A stretch of 64,000 nucleotides of DNA. Origin: a virus. This document shows, one piece after another, positions 26,236 to 37,232 of the stretch (within the stretch, counting starts at the first letter, position 1; each line of letters begins with the position of its first letter). The position numbers and the translations under genes are program-made. The stretch lies in the IMG/VR virus record IMGVR_UViG_3300033146_000857, positions 1 through 64,000 of that record. One strand, given 5' to 3'. Below the pieces are notes generated by a model that saw only the letters and a list, made by a program, of their open reading frames with translations, did not search any database and was not told the DNA's origin.

Positions 26236-28178
26236 TAAGTAGAGTAATACTAAGTAACTATAGATCTTATGAGTCTCTTGATAGAACTTTTAAAGATGAT
26301 CTTAATGTTATACAAGGCAGAAATGCCACAGGAAAGTCAACTATAGTTGAAGCTATAGGCTATGCCTTACAAGGGAGCTCCCTACAGAAAGGAACTGCTA
26401 CTTCTTGGATAAAAACAGGCTGTTCTGATGGCCTAGTTACTCTTTACATAGATGACTTTATTATTGCTAGAGGTAACAAGAAGCAACTGGTAAAGGACAT
26501 AGAAGGCAATATTCTAGCTCGTGGTCATACGGGCATAAATGAATGGGTACTAGGTCAATATGGCCTTATGCCAGAGTTATATAAAACGTCCTTTCATATT
26601 GCTCAAAAAGAAATAGCTTCATTTGCGGCTTTAGGTCCAATGGAGAAAACAAAAAGAGTAGAGAAACTTCTCAAACTTGACGTAATAGATAAAATTAAGA
26701 TTGCTGCTCTTTCAGATAGAAAAACCTTGGTCACAGCTGTTAGCCGTCTAGAGTCTAAGCTAGTAGACGTAAAGAGCTATACTGAAGAAGACTTAAAAGA
26801 CTATCAAGAACAATTAGAAAAGTCTAATGAAGATTTAAGCCTACTTAGAGGCAAAGAATTAGCTCAGGCTCAATTGGTGATTAAATATGAAAAAGAACTT
26901 GACTTATGGAATAAAAAAATATCTCTAAGACAACGTTTGATTGACCCTAAAGCAATTTTAGAAACTGTGGAAGATAGAATAGCAACCACCGAAGCCGGGA
27001 TAAAATCTAATGAAGCTCTAGAACAAAACTTGGCTTTATATAGGAAAAAACAACAGTTAGAGAATAAAATTGCTAACTTAGATATTAACAAAGAATATTT
27101 CACCATACGTATAGAAGATGCAATGGATCTTAAGAACAGTCTTGTTAAAAGCGATAATGCCAAAAAGATACTAACTGAAGACTATAGTACTTTTGATTAT
27201 AGTAAAATTGACTTTGATTTAACCAAAGAAGACATACTAGGCTTAGAAAAAGACCTTTATAGTCACACCCAAAACTTGGCTGATTTAGAGGCCCTTCCAA
27301 GTTGCTGTCCTACTTGTAAGCAGGACATGCCTGACATGTCAAAAGAGATACTCATTCTGGGTAAAAAGGTAGCTAAGAAGAGAAAAGACTTAGAGGCTAA
27401 GAAAACTATCCTAGCTGTTTCTAGCTTAAATAACCAGTTATACAAGGGTAAGCATACCCTAAAAGTAGTAGAATCTATGTTAGTATCTATAGTGAACAAA
27501 GAAACTTATCTTAGTCTACAAGAAATGACTGAGGTTACTGAGCCGGAAAAAAGTACTGTTAGTACTAGTTTTCTTAAAAGTCAATTAGTTGATCTTAAGT
27601 TTGATCTTGGTATGTTAGGACGACTAGACGAATATTCAGATGTAACTCAACCGGAGAAAGTTGCCTTTATAGATTATAAGCGTTCTATAAGAGTGCTCTC
27701 AGGTAAAATAGAATCTCTTAGAGTAGACGTAAGTACAATAGAAAACTCTTTAGCCGTTTTAGCTGAGTATAAAAAAGACTTAGACGCAACTTTAGAAGAA
27801 AAAGAAACTCTTGATGCGTTTATAAAATTTATTGGAGAATACAGAGCTGCCTTTAGTGCTAAGATAATACCAATGCTTGAGGAAAATGCAAATAAGATAA
27901 TAAATTATCTGTCTGATGGTAAGCTTAAAAAACTTAACCTAGACTCAAGCTATATAATTCAAGGATATGACTTATATAGTGGCTCTGAAGAGGACGCAGC
28001 CAATTTTGCTCTAAGATTGGCTATAGCTCAGATATCTCGTATAGGTAGTTATAACACTATAATACTAGACGAAATAGCTGCAAGTTATGACTCTGTAAGA
28101 GAAGACAGACTTCTTGAGGTCTTAAAGGCTACGGAAATGCAAATAATTTATATCTCTCATGGAGATATAAACTACTAA
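26232..28178 (+). CDS. Rad50/SbcC-like ATPase
   Basis: GRNATGKST, coiled coil, CPTC hook, YSGSE signature and IILDE. Confidence 0.92.
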   Translation: MISRVILSNYRSYESLDRTFKDDLNVIQGRNATGKSTIVEAIGYALQGSSLQKGTATSWIKTGCSDGLVTLYIDDFIIARGNKKQLVKDIEGNILARGHTGINEWVLGQYGLMPELYKTSFHIAQKEIASFAALGPMEKTKRVEKLLKLDVIDKIKIAALSDRKTLVTAVSRLESKLVDVKSYTEEDLKDYQEQLEKSNEDLSLLRGKELAQAQLVIKYEKELDLWNKKISLRQRLIDPKAILETVEDRIATTEAGIKSNEALEQNLALYRKKQQLENKIANLDINKEYFTIRIEDAMDLKNSLVKSDNAKKILTEDYSTFDYSKIDFDLTKEDILGLEKDLYSHTQNLADLEALPSCCPTCKQDMPDMSKEILILGKKVAKKRKDLEAKKTILAVSSLNNQLYKGKHTLKVVESMLVSIVNKETYLSLQEMTEVTEPEKSTVSTSFLKSQLVDLKFDLGMLGRLDEYSDVTQPEKVAFIDYKRSIRVLSGKIESLRVDVSTIENSLAVLAEYKKDLDATLEEKETLDAFIKFIGEYRAAFSAKIIPMLEENANKIINYLSDGKLKKLNLDSSYIIQGYDLYSGSEEDAANFALRLAIAQISRIGSYNTIILDEIAASYDSVREDRLLEVLKATEMQIIYISHGDINY

Positions 28179-29449
28179 ACCTCTATAGGTATACTAGGGT
28201 CTAGATAACCTTGGTATACCGCGTATACATAGGCGTCTCCAGATATAAGCCACTTAACTTGCTCACTGTACAGATCATAGTTTTCTTGTAAAGCTAAAAC
28301 ATCTAACCCTTCTTTATATATACTAGGAATAAAATTATTTGTAAACTTAAAATACCTAGTTACTTTTATACTACTACTAGTAACATGAGTTTTTATAGTA
28401 ACATAAGAGCTAGGCTTAGTATAGAAATACCCGTTGTGCGTAGCCATCTTAACTGGTCTATCCCAGTCAAACTTTGTAGTTGTTAAAGAGGGCAAGATTG
28501 TTAATAGCACAGCTAGATCCAGCATACCTCCCCTGTAGGCCTGAGCTTGAGGCAGATCCATGTCTAGGTATTTTAAAGCTATAAAAGTGAATAAGTCTAC
28601 GGTCTTTGTTACATGCCCATCAGTATAGGCCTTTAGTTGTATATAGTCAAATAAGTTTAAAAGATTTATTCTCATACTACGTGGATGCTCTGAGTAGTCT
28701 GAAGGGAAATGTGCCACTATGGTTCCATTGTGTAATAGTTCAAACTCTTCCATAGAGCCTATACCTTGGTTAAAAAGGTAATAACCTTGTGAGTCAGTCT
28801 CTAGAATTTTTCCTAGGTCTAAGGGAGTTAGTAAGTAGTCTATGGCCTCTTCTGAAGCTATGATAGTTTCTGGAAAGTTTAAAAAATCTAGCGGGTGTTG
28901 CTTAGGTGTGTAACTTCCATCCTTGAGTATACACCCATACTCAGTACACACGTAGCCTGTTTCACAACCGTCAACTATGTTTGATACATCACCCATTGGG
29001 GCGTCTAGGCTTGAACCAGTACATGGATAAAGTTCCTCTCCTTTATAGATAAACTTTTCACAGAAAGACAGGGTTCTACCAAAGTCTTCTGGAAGGTTAT
29101 AGCAGGGGATAGAATCGCACTCTGTTAGATGTCTAAATGGAATTACTTGTTTCTTTGAATACTTTCCAGCTTTTAAAATTAGTTCTAACCCCGTAGTTCC
29201 TTTTATTAGAGCAAGTTCGGGTTTTAAGTCCGTCGCAGCCCCTAGTAGTTTAACTTTTCTTAGCCTAAAAGCACTATTAGACAAAGTTTGACTTATTGGA
29301 TCATAAGTAGTTTCAAAGAAAAAAGGGTTCCTTAGTATTAATAAATTTTTAACTCTGTCATAGCAGTCTACAATATCGGATAGAAACGTAGCATAAGTAA
29401 GCTTACACTGTTCTTGTTTTACAAGATCAAGTCCTGAGTAATTTGGCAT
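28175..29449 (-). CDS. hypothetical virion-associated protein with a central Cys-rich segment
   Basis: Last gene of the structural arm; GCETGYVCTEYGC; start at MPNYS preferred over 29467. Confidence 0.55.
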   Translation of the reverse strand: MPNYSGLDLVKQEQCKLTYATFLSDIVDCYDRVKNLLILRNPFFFETTYDPISQTLSNSAFRLRKVKLLGAATDLKPELALIKGTTGLELILKAGKYSKKQVIPFRHLTECDSIPCYNLPEDFGRTLSFCEKFIYKGEELYPCTGSSLDAPMGDVSNIVDGCETGYVCTEYGCILKDGSYTPKQHPLDFLNFPETIIASEEAIDYLLTPLDLGKILETDSQGYYLFNQGIGSMEEFELLHNGTIVAHFPSDYSEHPRSMRINLLNLFDYIQLKAYTDGHVTKTVDLFTFIALKYLDMDLPQAQAYRGGMLDLAVLLTILPSLTTTKFDWDRPVKMATHNGYFYTKPSSYVTIKTHVTSSSIKVTRYFKFTNNFIPSIYKEGLDVLALQENYDLYSEQVKWLISGDAYVYAVYQGYLDPSIPIEV

Positions 29450-29450
29450 T

Positions 29451-30584
29451 TTATTCCGGCTCCACAATAGTTACATTATTATTATCAAATAACGGTTTAA
29501 GGTCTAGAGGTGTTAGCACGTCTGACCCGTCGTAGTTTACTAGACCAAGTAGTTTAGTTCTTTCATCAGGCTTAAGCCCATTATACAGACTTAACAGTTT
29601 GGTTCTTTCATCAGCTAATAGTCCATTTAGTAGACTGAACAATTTAACCCTTTCATCAGCTTTTAACCCTGTAGGTGTGGAAGTATCTAAAGACATTAAG
29701 TGGGCTCTCTCAGTAGGAGTTAAGCCTGGAGCACTGGTTAAAGTTCTGTCAGAATGATCCCATATTTTAGAGACTAACTTTGTTAAGCAGCTTGGTACCA
29801 CTTGTGTAGCTATTTGTTCCATTATGTACCCCTCAGTAGCATAGCCTACTTCTACGTATCTACCAGTAGACCCTGGAGCACTTCCTTGAGCAAAACCTGG
29901 AGCTACATAGCCTACTTCTACGTAATTTCCTATAGGTAGTCCTACGTAACCTGGAGCTGTATACCCTTCTAGTCCATAAGTTTCAACACTACCAGAGCCC
30001 ACGTAACCTGGATCTACGTAGCCTGGAGATAAGTATAGTATTTCATTTACTGTACCTTCAATTATTTTATCCTCACATAACTCTTTCACTATATCAGCTG
30101 CTGACGGTAAGCTTAGTAATTTATCTTTTTCATCTTCAGTTAACCCAGAACCACTCTGGTTTGTAAGACTCATAAGTTTTGTATGTTCTTCAGAAGTCAG
30201 TCCAGAACCCACACCAGTACCACCTGATACTATAGTAGTTTCAGACTTGATAGGTAGGACTGAATTTATGGTTATCCTAAACATACCAATAGTATCAACG
30301 AACACTTCAGATTGATCTTCTGTGAGCAATGTTCCAATAACATTGAGTTTATGATTAGCTTCTTGAGGACGAACTCTCCAGCCATTTGTTAGAAAGTAAT
30401 AGGCTGTGATAAAAGTATCTTCTAGAATAGGATTTCCGCCGACTATAGAAAAAGCGTCTAAGTATTTTGCATTATCTGACTGCACCATCCAATGTTTCCA
30501 TAGGCTATATAGCTTTTTAACATCAAGCTCTACAGTACCAGGGTTACATAGGATTAACTTATTTGCTCCATCAAAAGTTACCAT
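29451..30584 (-). CDS. tail/appendage protein with internal repeats
   Basis: N-terminal domain shared with 37233..38627; YV.PGYV and GLT..E..KL.SL repeats. Confidence 0.6.
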   Translation of the reverse strand: MVTFDGANKLILCNPGTVELDVKKLYSLWKHWMVQSDNAKYLDAFSIVGGNPILEDTFITAYYFLTNGWRVRPQEANHKLNVIGTLLTEDQSEVFVDTIGMFRITINSVLPIKSETTIVSGGTGVGSGLTSEEHTKLMSLTNQSGSGLTEDEKDKLLSLPSAADIVKELCEDKIIEGTVNEILYLSPGYVDPGYVGSGSVETYGLEGYTAPGYVGLPIGNYVEVGYVAPGFAQGSAPGSTGRYVEVGYATEGYIMEQIATQVVPSCLTKLVSKIWDHSDRTLTSAPGLTPTERAHLMSLDTSTPTGLKADERVKLFSLLNGLLADERTKLLSLYNGLKPDERTKLLGLVNYDGSDVLTPLDLKPLFDNNNVTIVEPE

Positions 30585-30592
30585 CTAAGAAC

Positions 30593-30754
30593 CTATATGA
30601 TTACACGATGGCCATTTTTAGCGTAGACCTTTTTACCGTTTTTGCCCTTTAAGTGTACATACCCATCTGCAAGAAGTTTTTCTTCTAAGTTCAAAACCGG
30701 TGGGTCTATTTCTTTTTTCTTAGTCTTAAATAGTTTAGTAATAAAATTTATCAT
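30593..30754 (-). CDS. small basic protein (53 aa), not in the ORF track
   Basis: MINFITKLFK...HRVII; ATGA overlap with the upstream gene and GGAG RBS. Confidence 0.55.
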   Translation of the reverse strand: MINFITKLFKTKKKEIDPPVLNLEEKLLADGYVHLKGKNGKKVYAKNGHRVII

Positions 30755-31233
30755 ATGTTTCTCCCAGATTTGTCTATTCTAGAGTAGCTTCCAGCTGTCA
30801 TTAGTTGTAAAGACCCCTGAGAAAAATTCCACTCATCTTTAAAAGTAAAAAGTTTAAGTTCTTGGTTATATTCAAAAGGAAGGCTAACTTTCATTAGCTT
30901 ACCAGCTAAATTCCATTCGCTCTTAAGCACGTTGAAAAGTTCTTCGTAAGTACATTTTATGCCTATTAATATTTCCTTTGTCTCAAAAAAGATCTCTAAA
31001 TTCTTATTTATAACTAGAGAAGGCACTTTAGTCTCTTCAGGTGTTATATCTTGTAAAGTTAGACACCAGTCTGGATTAACTAGGACTAGAATTGGTCCAT
31101 TTTGAGTTATACTAAAGGTTCCTCCAAGAACCTTAATCTCAGTTCCTATAGAGTCATCTTCTAAAACTAAGTTTATTTCAATGCCCATAAGCTCTTGTCT
31201 ACTTGATCCTTGCACTTTATATTTTCTATTCAC
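30751..31233 (-). CDS. protein whose C-terminal half resembles the N-terminal domain of 37233..38627
   Basis: ELFNVLKSEW...K..LPF...FTFKDEW versus AVYSYLKEEW...KFPFPM...FEFVDGW. Confidence 0.6.
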   Translation of the reverse strand: MNRKYKVQGSSRQELMGIEINLVLEDDSIGTEIKVLGGTFSITQNGPILVLVNPDWCLTLQDITPEETKVPSLVINKNLEIFFETKEILIGIKCTYEELFNVLKSEWNLAGKLMKVSLPFEYNQELKLFTFKDEWNFSQGSLQLMTAGSYSRIDKSGRNI

Positions 31234-31299
31234 CTAAGCTCCTTTAAGATTAAACACTATTTATATCTAACACCTATAGAAGCTTTTGGTTACCTACTG

Positions 31300-33978
31300 C
31301 TAAGCTGGATTACTATAGCTATAGTCTTTTTCCTGAGTTATGGGTATAAGAGTATCTCCTGAAGTTTGAATATCATAAATCTGTAATAGCTTATAGTTAT
31401 CAGCTATGACCACTAGGTCTATGCTTAAGGCTAAAATTGAGAAACCATAGCTCCCTGAGCTACTCTCTGTACTAGATAATAAATCACCGGTTAAGTGGTC
31501 AAAAGCTACTATTTTAGACCCCTCGGCTGCTCCTGTTATTACTATGTGTTTATAATCTTTAACCAAGATAGTTCCTCCATAAGGAGCTGAACATTTTGAT
31601 AATTTACAGTCACTACCATTAGTATTAAGCAATGTTAGTTGTCCAGACTTAGCTGTAGATTGTATATGTATTGAACAACGGTCATCAAAAGTTATCCCAC
31701 CAAGACTAAGACTAAAATTAGCCTTATCTAGGCACTTTGGAATAGTTAATGCCAACACTTCATCAGAATAACCTTTTGCACCAAGAGTGTCTAACTGGGC
31801 TTGTAACTCAGCTTCTGTACCGGCTGTTAGGCTATCTAGGGTCTTTGCGCCTTTTTCAAAAAGTTCAACTCTGATAGTCTCAGCGCTTAAAGGTGCTCCA
31901 CCGCCTATTTCTGACCAAGTAGCAAAATGGCTTATTAACGTTCCAGGAGCCCCTGGATAAGCTATGTCTGTTCCACCTGTATCTAGGCTACTATCTGGTT
32001 TACCGTAAGACCAGTTACCTGAGTGTAACGACATATTAGCATCTGTGATTGGATTGCCATCTGTTTTAACTACCTCTAGTCCGTCTATAAACATAGTAAA
32101 TCTGCCTTCACCACTAGAGTCTTCATATTTTAGTATTACATGGTAGGGCCTATTAATGCTTAGTTTTATATCAGAGTAAGCTTGGACCTTAAAGTCTGGC
32201 GTACCACTAGAATCAGCTATGTTACCTAAGAGAGTATTTCCAAAGCCAACAACCATATAAATGTTATTAATTCCCCCGCCCTCCTCATAGATACCAGAAG
32301 GAACCAAATGAACCCTGTCTAGTTGTATCCATCCGCCTACGTATCTTTTAGCATGTTTGTTTGTAATATTAGTATAATCTGAGTCACTCATGACTATCCT
32401 TGAGTTATTATCATTAACAGACCAACTGTGCGTAGAAGATAAAGCTATTGGAGTAGCTTTAAAACTAACTGATCCAGTTGTTGATTGACTATTGGCATTA
32501 GCCTCTCCCATTACATCTACATAGGTATTATTAAAAGTATGGTATATGTCTGGGTTAAGATTTTTGATTAACAGATCATAGGCTACGGCACCAATGGTTA
32601 CTTTAAAACTACTAGAACGATTGCCTAAGTCATCAGTAATGAATATATACCCAAAGCCATTGGCTATCCCAGTTAAGTCTACGTTAAATACTATGGCTAT
32701 GTCAGTCCAGTTAGTTGTTACTTGAGTAACTTTGGTAGCACTAGCATAGTTCATTGAATCAGCTAGTTCTATTTTGCCAGTTCCTTTTAGAGCTCCAAAA
32801 CCTGTGCCGTTTATTTTCTCATTAGTATCTCCTGTATCAAGTTGTGTGTCATTATCTAGACTAGATATTTTTACCGAAGATACAAAAAAGTTTATTATTT
32901 GAGCCCTACTCTGAACGGTATTTCCTGTTCTATGGGCCCACACATTGGCTTGAGTAAGTGAATTTAACTTTATATTTCCCCAACCTCTACCATAGGCTGT
33001 ACCATTACCACTAGAGTTTCTACTTAGTATTGGTAAAGACTGTCCTAGGTCTGATAGTCCAGCTGTAGATATGTCTAAGTCTGTGCTTATAGCTCCAGCA
33101 TCGTTTATTACATGTCTGGTCACAGATATGTCTGTGTGTTCTACTATATGAACAAGATGATTACCAGAGTCATCTCCAGAGGTTATGCTATCAACATGGT
33201 CTGAATGAAATTTAAACGTAACCGTGCTAAGATCTTTAGGATAGTATACTGCTGAAGTATCTGATATTGCATCATCTACACCGTTTGCATTGTTAGCTTT
33301 GAACTGATGAACTATAAAAGCTTTATCCCAAGTAGTCACAGACTTACTAGTTCCACCAAGACCATCTGCGGCTGTTCTTAGGTTAATATCTCCTGTGTCA
33401 CTGTTATCCTTAACTAGACCATGTCCTATGCTCCAGTTAGACCCAGTAAACTCCACTACGGAGACAAACACTTTGACAGTGTTATTAGAAGCGCTACCTC
33501 TTTTTACATTTAGAGTACCATTAGTCATCCAGGCCATAGCTGTTCCACTGTCAGCACCATCTACTGTTGAGTTACTATGCACACCAGTTATGAAAGGTAC
33601 ACAGTTGTCTATGTTAGATATGCCACTAACGGCTTGAGTCTGTGACTCAGAGGACAAATCTAGTTCATAGGTGCCTCTAACTATAAATTCATCTAGGCCA
33701 CTAGCCGTCCCTGTATATTCTAGTATGGCCCACGGTATAGTCTGACTCTTAGTTGCTAACTGCTTTTTGGCTACCACTGTTGTACTGTTTAGTATTTCAA
33801 TACTACCAGACATTTCAGCTACATCTTGGTTACCACTGTCACCAACTGGTCCCCCACCCATGTATCTATTATTAAGGTTTACTACAAAAGCTTTTGTAAG
33901 ATCAACGGTTGTTATGGTAGTATTGTCTGTTAAGCCTGTAAAAGTGCTCTCACCGTGCTGGATTTTTATAAATGACAC
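31300..33978 (-). CDS. large tail fibre/appendage protein with a LamG-like domain
   Basis: Ser/Thr/Gly-rich beta repeats, an IPT-like segment and GWIQ...YHVIL...MFIDG; architecture parallels 33991..37179. Confidence 0.7.
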   Translation of the reverse strand: MSFIKIQHGESTFTGLTDNTTITTVDLTKAFVVNLNNRYMGGGPVGDSGNQDVAEMSGSIEILNSTTVVAKKQLATKSQTIPWAILEYTGTASGLDEFIVRGTYELDLSSESQTQAVSGISNIDNCVPFITGVHSNSTVDGADSGTAMAWMTNGTLNVKRGSASNNTVKVFVSVVEFTGSNWSIGHGLVKDNSDTGDINLRTAADGLGGTSKSVTTWDKAFIVHQFKANNANGVDDAISDTSAVYYPKDLSTVTFKFHSDHVDSITSGDDSGNHLVHIVEHTDISVTRHVINDAGAISTDLDISTAGLSDLGQSLPILSRNSSGNGTAYGRGWGNIKLNSLTQANVWAHRTGNTVQSRAQIINFFVSSVKISSLDNDTQLDTGDTNEKINGTGFGALKGTGKIELADSMNYASATKVTQVTTNWTDIAIVFNVDLTGIANGFGYIFITDDLGNRSSSFKVTIGAVAYDLLIKNLNPDIYHTFNNTYVDVMGEANANSQSTTGSVSFKATPIALSSTHSWSVNDNNSRIVMSDSDYTNITNKHAKRYVGGWIQLDRVHLVPSGIYEEGGGINNIYMVVGFGNTLLGNIADSSGTPDFKVQAYSDIKLSINRPYHVILKYEDSSGEGRFTMFIDGLEVVKTDGNPITDANMSLHSGNWSYGKPDSSLDTGGTDIAYPGAPGTLISHFATWSEIGGGAPLSAETIRVELFEKGAKTLDSLTAGTEAELQAQLDTLGAKGYSDEVLALTIPKCLDKANFSLSLGGITFDDRCSIHIQSTAKSGQLTLLNTNGSDCKLSKCSAPYGGTILVKDYKHIVITGAAEGSKIVAFDHLTGDLLSSTESSSGSYGFSILALSIDLVVIADNYKLLQIYDIQTSGDTLIPITQEKDYSYSNPA

Positions 33979-33990
33979 TGTTTAGTCCTT

Positions 33991-36900
33991 TTATTCATTT
34001 TTATAATTCCTATCATAAAATTGTTCAACTTTTATAGAAGTGTTCTTGTCTATATCAAGGGCCTTAAAAAAAATATTCTTATACTTAACTGATACTACTT
34101 TTATGTCTACTATTTGACCTTCTATAGAAGTACTAAAGGTACCTGTAGTATTCTCTTGACCGGCTATTTCTATAGAGGTATTATGCTTGTAAACCCTAAT
34201 CTCTGAATTAGCCTGTAGATTAGTTAGTTCAAGGACGTAAGGATTTATAAGATTAATAAGTCCTCCTCCAAGGTTACTAATTTTTGTTGCATTTGAGCCA
34301 TTAAGATTAGTCCAGTTTAATGTTCCAGAGCCTAGCCATTGAATATGTATAGTGCTTAGAGTATCAAAAGTAACATTGTCGGCTACCAAGTCTAAGTTTG
34401 TTCCAGTTAAGCTTATACAGCAAGGAGCATTAGCTCTATGAGTACCAGCAATATCATCTAGGTCTGATTGAGAAGTGACAGATATGTCAGACAGTACTCC
34501 TTTTTCAAACAGTTTAAGTTTAATATCTTGGTCTGTTATTAAGCTATTGTGCCACATACACCAATTATTATAATACCCATTAACACTGGCTACTAAGAGT
34601 ATTTGTGTGCCCCCTAAGGCCACATTAGCACCGCTTTTGCCAAAGGCTGCTGGAGACCTGGCGGGTAGAGTGATTATATTAGGAACTACATTAGCACTCT
34701 CTAATTGCTTGACCCCGTCGATAAAAGCACTGAATTCATTATTACCTCCAGAGCCATCAAACTTTAGAGTCAAATGATATATTCTATCTTGAACTAAAGA
34801 CACATCTCCATAGATTTGTAAAGTTACCGCATCACAATCTAGCTCGAATAGAATGTTATTACCAAAGCCTAGTATAAAAGCTAATGAGTTTGTTACCCCA
34901 CCTTCCCCATAGACTCTACAAGGAGGCTGCTGTATCTTGCTAGTCTTAAACCAGCCAGCAATTACTCTTTGAGTTTGATCAGAATTTGACACTGTAGTTA
35001 CTTTACCTAAGTCTACAGTGTCTGCAGTAGAACTTGAAAAGATACTTTTAGTCACTCCTGAACATAAGGCTGGTCCTGTAGCTACACAACCAGTATTTGT
35101 GCCATGGGCTGTTCCATAGTCATCAGTATAAACTCCATCAAAAGTGTATAAATGATTTGGTCCTAGAGCCTGAATTGTTTGTTTGTAGTCTAGTCCTGAG
35201 TCATTGTCTGTTATGGTTCCTGTAGCTGTGACCCCTCCGATAATAAGCGTATAAGTCTCAGTTGGCTCTGGAATAGTATCGTCTACTACCTGTACAATCA
35301 CGCTGAAAGAACTAACTCCTGATGGGACACTAAGAGTATCTAGGCTAAGGGTTACTCCGTTAGAATAGCTTACCGTTCCAATATCCGAGCCGGTAGTTTC
35401 ATTGTGAGTCAGGCTCATTAGGTATGTTTCAGTAGCTTCTGTAGCATGACTAAGGGTTACTAGATGAACTAGGTTTAAGTTCTCAAGGTTACTATCATTA
35501 CTAACAGTTGAGACCGTAGGCTTAACATAAGCGGCTATTATACTTGTGGAATAGCCTGATCCACCAATTCTTCCAGCTGCTGTCTCTACATATAGATAGA
35601 CAGTTCCAAGAGACAATGTATCTTGAATACATCTTATGTTTATTTCTGTGTCATTCCAAGTATTAACTGTTTGTTCTACTAAGATCCCAGAACTGCTAGC
35701 TTCAGCATAAGTGTTTTTATTTCCAAGCCATATCTTACCTTGAGCAGCATCAAAAGTAGTACCAGTGACCATTAGGTTACTTTCGTTGTTAAAGATATCC
35801 CCATCAGCAAAGGCTGTTGTTATTGGTTCTATGTCATCGTTTATAACAGTTCCAGTACCGTAAGTACTATCAATGTTTAGTCTAAAAGTCTCATTAGTCT
35901 CTTGAATTACATCTTGATTAATTCCTAGGGTAATACTAAAAGTTGTAACTCCATCTGGGACGTTTAAGGTTCCTACTGGACTCTCAGTCACTCCGTTTGA
36001 AAAACTAAACCCAGCGTAGTCTTCCGAGTCAAAACCAGAACTAAAGGTATTCATTGAAATAGTGTACGTTTCTACCCCTTGGGTAGCATGAGTTAGACTT
36101 ACACCAAATACTAAGCCTGTTCCTTCATTTTCTGATGGACTACTTATTGAATCAATTGTAGGTTTTACGTAGGGAAGGACTAAATTGAATTGAATGGCCT
36201 CAGCATAGGCCGATCCATTGTGACTTTCCTTACTCCAAGTTATTTTAGTGTTTGACACCAAGTCATACCTAGTTGACCTACAAGATACGTCCCAAGCTTT
36301 ATTATACTCAGAACTATTATTATGTGCCATCATATGTCCAGCATGAGCTACTGTTCTGTTTAGATCTACGGCTGTACCAAGGTTTAAATCTCCTGATGAC
36401 CCAGTGTTTCTAACTACAGCTCCTCTTTGTACTAACAGAGAACTATCTGTTATAACCTGCCAGTAATATGTATGACTACCCGAGGTATAGCCTGTAGACA
36501 CTTCTAGGTTTGTACTAGTAGTTATCCTACCTGCGGAATTACCCTCGTCCTCATATTGATCTTCTATAGTGGTATCAGACAGGACTAAAAAAGACTTTGC
36601 TGTGTCTATAGAGCTAAGAGTTATATTAGCCGGTGAGGCATCACTAGGGGTTACTCCTCTTTGAACTGTCAAAGTATTATGACTTATCGTATACCAGTGT
36701 CCCGATTGAGCCACTCCAGAAGTGTTAACATTAAAAGCTATATTAGTGGTTGTACTTAACCTAGAACTTAGGTTTACTTGCCTTGGGGCTTTTAGGCTTC
36801 CATCTGTGGTCTTTACAAAATGCCAACAGAATGAATTAGCCAATGTTAAAGCACTTAAACTTACATTTTTTGATGTGTCTGAAGTAGTGAAATCAAAAGT

Positions 36901-37179
36901 TCCTTTTTGAACAAGGACATCCGCTGCAAGTTCAATAACATAAACAACAACAATAGCTGAAACAGCACTAGCTACTCTAGAAACTTTTACACTAGGACCA
37001 GCTAGTATCTCTACATCAAAGTTACCATCTTGAGACAATTGTGTGTCGCCACCAAGGCTAGCTGACGCTGTAAAAGGAACTATTTGAGCTAGGCTAGTAA
37101 AACCAGTTAAGCTAGCTGTTTTTGTTGTCTCTGAAGTGCTTAAGTTTAATATTACCTTTTCTAGCTTAACTATATTCAT
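33991..37179 (-). CDS. large tail fibre/appendage protein with two Calx-beta/Ig-like repeats and a LamG-like domain
   Basis: Repeated YVKPT...E....L...V.L.HAT...ETY...FSNGVT...VP.GV..F...E..ET..L...GT..D.D units; GWFK...YHLTL...AFIDG. Confidence 0.75.
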   Translation of the reverse strand: MNIVKLEKVILNLSTSETTKTASLTGFTSLAQIVPFTASASLGGDTQLSQDGNFDVEILAGPSVKVSRVASAVSAIVVVYVIELAADVLVQKGTFDFTTSDTSKNVSLSALTLANSFCWHFVKTTDGSLKAPRQVNLSSRLSTTTNIAFNVNTSGVAQSGHWYTISHNTLTVQRGVTPSDASPANITLSSIDTAKSFLVLSDTTIEDQYEDEGNSAGRITTSTNLEVSTGYTSGSHTYYWQVITDSSLLVQRGAVVRNTGSSGDLNLGTAVDLNRTVAHAGHMMAHNNSSEYNKAWDVSCRSTRYDLVSNTKITWSKESHNGSAYAEAIQFNLVLPYVKPTIDSISSPSENEGTGLVFGVSLTHATQGVETYTISMNTFSSGFDSEDYAGFSFSNGVTESPVGTLNVPDGVTTFSITLGINQDVIQETNETFRLNIDSTYGTGTVINDDIEPITTAFADGDIFNNESNLMVTGTTFDAAQGKIWLGNKNTYAEASSSGILVEQTVNTWNDTEINIRCIQDTLSLGTVYLYVETAAGRIGGSGYSTSIIAAYVKPTVSTVSNDSNLENLNLVHLVTLSHATEATETYLMSLTHNETTGSDIGTVSYSNGVTLSLDTLSVPSGVSSFSVIVQVVDDTIPEPTETYTLIIGGVTATGTITDNDSGLDYKQTIQALGPNHLYTFDGVYTDDYGTAHGTNTGCVATGPALCSGVTKSIFSSSTADTVDLGKVTTVSNSDQTQRVIAGWFKTSKIQQPPCRVYGEGGVTNSLAFILGFGNNILFELDCDAVTLQIYGDVSLVQDRIYHLTLKFDGSGGNNEFSAFIDGVKQLESANVVPNIITLPARSPAAFGKSGANVALGGTQILLVASVNGYYNNWCMWHNSLITDQDIKLKLFEKGVLSDISVTSQSDLDDIAGTHRANAPCCISLTGTNLDLVADNVTFDTLSTIHIQWLGSGTLNWTNLNGSNATKISNLGGGLINLINPYVLELTNLQANSEIRVYKHNTSIEIAGQENTTGTFSTSIEGQIVDIKVVSVKYKNIFFKALDIDKNTSIKVEQFYDRNYKNE

Positions 37180-37200
37180 TAATGGCTCCTGTATGCTTAA

Positions 37201-37224
37201 TAGAACTCTCCGTAGAGAATTCTA
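37201..37224 (-). terminator. stem-loop with cUACGg tetraloop
   Basis: Minus strand tagaattctc-tacg-gagagttcta just after the 37233 stop; weak U tract. Confidence 0.55.
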
Positions 37225-37232
37225 TAAGATTA

